In this document: piece after piece, positions 32,417 to 35,836 of the stretch
Numbering within the stretch: position 1 is the stretch's first letter
How the letters are laid out: each line of letters starts with the position of its first letter
From: a virus
Length of the DNA stretch: 35,836 bases
Reading direction: 5' to 3' (one strand)
IMG/VR virus record: IMGVR_UViG_3300009703_000003
Location: 1 to 35,836 of that record
Notes under the pieces: generated by a model
Seen by the model: the letters and a program-made list of their open reading frames with translations, nothing else
Told to the model about the DNA's origin: nothing
The model's database searches: none
Position numbers and translations under genes: made by a program

Positions 32417-33072
32417 TATACTACTTGTCCTAATAAACTTTTCTTACCTAGTGAATAATCTGCTGAATTTTGAGTAACACCTAATGACCCTGTTCTAATA
32501 TTTTTTCTTCTACCTTTTTTTTTTGTAATTCTTTCATCATATTCTTTTTCTTTTTTTTCTTCTGCAACTTTTGTTTCTTCTGCTGTTTTTTCTTTAGTTA
32601 AAATAGTTGAACCACCTACAACTTTTTTTTGTTGAACATTACCCTCATTATCTCTACCATAATTAACATTAACATTACCAGCAGCATCTATTTTACCTGC
32701 TGATCTATCTCTCATATATTGTTTATAACCTTCGTCAGTAACACCATATTTTGCTCTTGCTTTTCTTGTTCTTGGATCATTTTTAAAAAAATTTACATTT
32801 ACATCTAACATTTTTTGTCTAAATTCTTGACCAGCATTTAAAATTGTTGAAAAAGGAACTCCTGCTGGAACCTTTTTTACTTTTAAATTATCAAGCCTTG
32901 ATCTTCCCGTTGCATCTTCATATTCTTTTCTAGCTGTTTTTACTCTTTGTGGTGATACACTTTTTTGATAAGTGGTAGATGTTCTATAAGATTCCCTATT
33001 ATTATTTCCTGTATTTGTTGAGGTACTTTTATTTGAAGAATAATTTGTAGATGCTCCGTATGCGTATGGCAT
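32416..33072 (-). CDS. Basic virion-module protein, 218 aa, with C-terminal KKKGRRKNIRTGSLGV...LGKKSLLG motif
   Basis: ORF track. The C-terminal motif is shared with 33074-33298. Confidence 0.65.
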   Translation of the reverse strand: MPYAYGASTNYSSNKSTSTNTGNNNRESYRTSTTYQKSVSPQRVKTARKEYEDATGRSRLDNLKVKKVPAGVPFSTILNAGQEFRQKMLDVNVNFFKNDPRTRKARAKYGVTDEGYKQYMRDRSAGKIDAAGNVNVNYGRDNEGNVQQKKVVGGSTILTKEKTAEETKVAEEKKEKEYDERITKKKGRRKNIRTGSLGVTQNSADYSLGKKSLLGQVV

Positions 33073-33073
33073 A

Positions 33074-33298
33074 TTATTTCTTTCCCAATAGTGTTTCTAA
33101 CTCAGCATCCTCATCTTCTTGTATTCCAAGAGGACCAGTTAGTATTGTTGATCTTTTACCTTTTTTTCTTCTTCTTATAGCAGCTTGTTCTTTTGCAATT
33201 CTTTCTTTTTCTTCTGGTGAAATTTCTTCACTTGGTGCTTCCGGTGGTGGAGCAGGTGGTGGAAGTGGTGGCATTTTTGGTTTAAATATTGAACCCAT
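33074..33298 (-). CDS. Pro-rich small protein, 74 aa, with C-terminal RRRKKGKRSTILTGPLGI...LLGKK motif
   Basis: ORF track. The N-terminus MGSIFKPKMPPLPPPAPPP loosely recalls T7 gp6.7-type small virion proteins. Confidence 0.6.
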   Translation of the reverse strand: MGSIFKPKMPPLPPPAPPPEAPSEEISPEEKERIAKEQAAIRRRKKGKRSTILTGPLGIQEDEDAELETLLGKK

Positions 33299-33300
33299 AA

Positions 33301-34572
33301 TTATAAAATCCTGTAATTATTATCTGCTACACTTTGTGGAGCAGTTTGTCTAGTATTAATTTCTTGGAGACCAACTGCAAGATACCTCATAGCATCACAC
33401 GCATGGCTGCTCCAATCATGTACAGGTTTTGATCTAAACATTCTGTTTTTATCAATGTACTTCCTGTGATAATGTCTTAACGCATCTATTAACTTTTTGC
33501 AATGGTCTACGTCAATCCAACATCTAGGTAACATCATTGTTGTTGCGTGGATTCCATCTTCTAATGGAATTTTTGGTACGACTTTAAATCTTAATCCTAA
33601 TTGCGTGGCGACCTCTCTCCGAGTTTTACCATTGCCAAATTCGGTAACTTCAATGTCGTGTGGTGCAAAGTGATCTTTGTAGATATACTCTTTCTCATTT
33701 ATCATCTTAATGTAATAAGGTAGACCTTGACCTTTCTCCTCATGGTAATCTATTATATTAATGCTTCTGCCGAGCTGCTGATAAAATATTATACTACTGT
33801 GGTCGGAGACCCCAAGATCCCATGCGGTAGATACTGGTAAGGCAGGATCGTAAGGAACTCTGGTAAGTTGTTTATCATCATCTAACTTTGCTATAACATC
33901 TCCATATACTGCTCCTTCAATGTTGGCTATCCAATCGCACTCAAATTCTTGTAGGTACTTCTTTTCTCCCATTACCTCTTTTGCCTTGACCAACTCATCA
34001 TTGTCTACAATCTTGGTATCTGATGCTTTAGCTTTGTAATTAAACCAATCTTCCGCACCTTGTGCGTGTTGGTATAGTTCGTAAAAGTTGTTGTTCATTC
34101 CCATAGGTGTACCAATAAACACACAGTAACCTTTTCTGTCAGATAGTGCGGGTCGTATTATTTCTGGAAACAATTTACTATTGACGTTTGCGTATTCGTC
34201 TATCACACATCCATCTAAATATATGCCACGCAGACCATCTGGCGATTCTGAGCCTAGCAAGGTGATACGAGAACCATTAGGTAGGTCTACACGCAGTTCT
34301 GTTTCGTTAAACTTGGTGTGGGGTATCTTGGCGGTAAACTGTTTCATGTAATCCCATGCAATAGATTTAGCTTGTTTAAAGGTGGGAGCTATATAAGCAA
34401 ACCTAGGGTTGTTAAGTTTGGACAGTAATGCTGACCTAATTAGGTGGTTGATCATGCAAACTGTTTTGCCAAATCTTCTATGGCATACCAATACATTCCA
34501 TCTATGCTTGTCTATTTGTCTGTGCAAGTGAGCTTGATGCTTCCTTGGTGTGTAGGGTATTTTAATATCCAT
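33301..34572 (-). CDS. terL: Terminase large subunit, 423 aa
   Basis: ORF track. Walker A VLVCHRRFGKTV, Walker B-like LDGCVIDEY, and a C-terminal nuclease-like half with conserved Asp residues. Confidence 0.9.
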   Translation of the reverse strand: MDIKIPYTPRKHQAHLHRQIDKHRWNVLVCHRRFGKTVCMINHLIRSALLSKLNNPRFAYIAPTFKQAKSIAWDYMKQFTAKIPHTKFNETELRVDLPNGSRITLLGSESPDGLRGIYLDGCVIDEYANVNSKLFPEIIRPALSDRKGYCVFIGTPMGMNNNFYELYQHAQGAEDWFNYKAKASDTKIVDNDELVKAKEVMGEKKYLQEFECDWIANIEGAVYGDVIAKLDDDKQLTRVPYDPALPVSTAWDLGVSDHSSIIFYQQLGRSINIIDYHEEKGQGLPYYIKMINEKEYIYKDHFAPHDIEVTEFGNGKTRREVATQLGLRFKVVPKIPLEDGIHATTMMLPRCWIDVDHCKKLIDALRHYHRKYIDKNRMFRSKPVHDWSSHACDAMRYLAVGLQEINTRQTAPQSVADNNYRIL

Positions 34573-34574
34573 AT

Positions 34575-34763
34575 TTAGTGTATCATGTCTGACTTCATAC
34601 CAGATACAGGTTGGTAATCAAAACCCATATTAAGCATAGCATAGCTGATAAATAGATCGGCTGCTACTTTATTGGGAAAGCCATAAAACTTAATAATGAC
34701 GTTGTTTGTTCCTTCTTCAATATAAGCAACTGAATCTAAATCGTCTGCAGTAAAGTAATCCAT
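34575..34763 (-). CDS. First gene of the late block, hypothetical, 62 aa
   Basis: ORF track. A 2-nt gap separates it from terL. Confidence 0.5.
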   Translation of the reverse strand: MDYFTADDLDSVAYIEEGTNNVIIKFYGFPNKVAADLFISYAMLNMGFDYQPVSGMKSDMIH

Positions 34764-34820
34764 ATACTACATCTAGTGCATTTTTAAAAAAAATAAAACA
34801 GAAAAGTGTTTGTGTATAAA

Positions 34821-34928
34821 GGGGTGGGTGGCTGTAAGGGTGTCCTCAAGTCCGGTCTATATATATAATAAAAAAAGCGGTTGGTTTTTGGGGGTATAGG
34901 GGTCAAAGATTTTCAAAAAGAGGGTCTA
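34821..34928 (+). promoter_or_regulatory. Cluster of plus-strand G-runs and GGGT/GGTCTA boxes in the large non-coding region
   Basis: Read directly: GGGGTGGGTGG, TAAGGGTGTCC, CCGGTCTATATATATA, GGGGGTATAGGGGTCAAAG, AGAGGGTCTACAC. GGTCTA occurs at 34854 and 34923. Confidence 0.5.
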
Positions 34929-35094
34929 CACTTTATATATATATCTTTTTTAGATTAGTGATAAATAAAAGTTATCAGTAATTATATGGTTAATGATTAT
35001 ATTTTTAAGATAGGTCAATAATACTGTCGTTTGTTTTAACGTGTAAAAAAAATTTGCTTTGATTATGAGAGAATAGGAACTTTAACTTACTTTT

Positions 35095-35127
35095 ATTTCT
35101 CTTTTTTATTTCTCTTTGTTTCTCTTC
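35095..35127 (+). repeat. Direct repeats ATTTCTCTTT (35095, 35108) and GTTTCTCTTC (35118) inside a roughly 50-nt polypyrimidine tract (35086-35137)
   Basis: Read directly. The tract contains almost only T and C on the plus strand. Confidence 0.6.
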
Positions 35128-35234
35128 TCTTCTCTTTAAAACAATTCTAAACTGTAAATATACAACACCTGTTGCAATAATATCACACATAATAATAATT
35201 AAATTAATTTATATCTTTTTTATATATGCCTTAA

Positions 35235-35262
35235 TTGTGCCTTATTAATTTCCGAATATAAA
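35235..35262 (+). promoter_or_regulatory. Candidate early promoter: TTGTGC, 16-nt spacer, TATAAA
   Basis: The hexamers and 16-nt spacer were read directly. It lies about 35 nt upstream of the SD and ATG at 35298. Confidence 0.35.
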
Positions 35263-35297
35263 TCACTATGAAAAAAACAAATCAACCAAAGGAAACA

Positions 35298-35546
35298 ATG
35301 AATAAAATAGATCAAATAATATTAAATGAACTACCAAACACAACACCTGTTAATGATCAAAAAAGAATAATTGATATAAATAAAATAGATGTAGCATATA
35401 GAGATTTAGAGGATTTTGACAATCAATATGAAATCATGAAATTTATTTTATCTTGTTTAAGTGATCAGCAAATTAAAGATACAAAAAAACTTGTGAAAGT
35501 TTGGAAACAATACGAAAGAAAATTACAAAAAGCTAGAAACAACTAA
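35298..35546 (+). CDS. First early small protein, 82 aa (the ORF is open from 35268)
   Basis: ORF track. The internal ATG 35298 is preceded by CCAAAGGAAACA. ATG 35268 would sit only 5 nt after the putative -10. Confidence 0.55.
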   Translation: MNKIDQIILNELPNTTPVNDQKRIIDINKIDVAYRDLEDFDNQYEIMKFILSCLSDQQIKDTKKLVKVWKQYERKLQKARNN

Positions 35547-35558
35547 CCAAAGGAAACT

Positions 35559-35831
35559 ATGAAAGAAAGAATAAACATAATAAAAGAAAATATGTTTTTT
35601 AATGAATTACCAAAGGATATTCAAAAAGCATATATTAATAATCTTGCTGATGATATGATACAGCAATTTGATGAAGGTGTTTATAATAAAAGAACAGCTA
35701 CGATTGACGCAAAAAAATATTTTTATGATTGGAATAAAGACATCAAATGGATTTTATATAAATCTTCATATCATGGTATAAAAGCCGAAAGACAAGAAGA
35801 TTTTAATGAACATCAAGAAGATTATGCCTAA
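35559..35831 (+). CDS. Early small protein, 90 aa; its 3' end is duplicated at 1-118
   Basis: ORF track. SD CCAAAGGAAACT is upstream. Confidence 0.6.
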   Translation: MKERINIIKENMFFNELPKDIQKAYINNLADDMIQQFDEGVYNKRTATIDAKKYFYDWNKDIKWILYKSSYHGIKAERQEDFNEHQEDYA

Positions 35832-35836
35832 ATCTA

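Noticed and set aside
35005-35190. 61-aa minus-strand ORF in the large intergenic region
   Set aside because: No SD precedes its ATG. The Lys/Arg/Glu-rich translation is simply the purine-rich strand of the polypyrimidine tract. It sits between the divergent control elements.

Overview
The window is a complete, visibly AT-rich phage genome. Bases 1-123 are identical to 35714-35836, so the contig closes on itself with a unique length of 35,713 bp.

Coding is very dense and falls into four transcription blocks:
- A rightward early block of about 13 tiny ORFs, running from 35298 through the window junction to 2571.
- A leftward early/regulatory block (5065 down to 2568). It holds a Cro/YdaS-like HTH, a winged-helix protein, a Cys-rich protein and a small-terminase-like HTH protein.
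- A rightward recombination/replication-control block (5166 to 8641). It holds a PD-(D/E)XK exonuclease, an embedded lipoprotein, an ERF annealing protein and a protein made only of DnaA domain IV.
- A roughly 26 kb leftward late block (34763 down to 8631).

The late block has podovirus (T7-supergroup, BPP-1/epsilon15-like) gene order:
- Head genes: large terminase, two small proteins sharing a C-terminal motif, portal, a Bbp19-like protein, scaffold, major capsid and an apparently frameshifted capsid accessory gene.
- Tail and core genes: adaptor, nozzle, a GNAT-like protein, three internal-virion proteins and a repeat-rich tail fibre.
- Distal genes: a cluster of four paralogous jelly-roll receptor-binding proteins interleaved with three XkdW-like genes, then a run of small membrane, basic and Cys-rich ORFs that probably includes lysis functions.

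I could not recognise a DNA polymerase, RNA polymerase, primase, helicase, integrase, tRNA or CRISPR array.

Functional calls rest on motif recognition from memory and on gene order. No searches were run. The marine HTVC010P-like or BPP-1-like affinity is only an impression.
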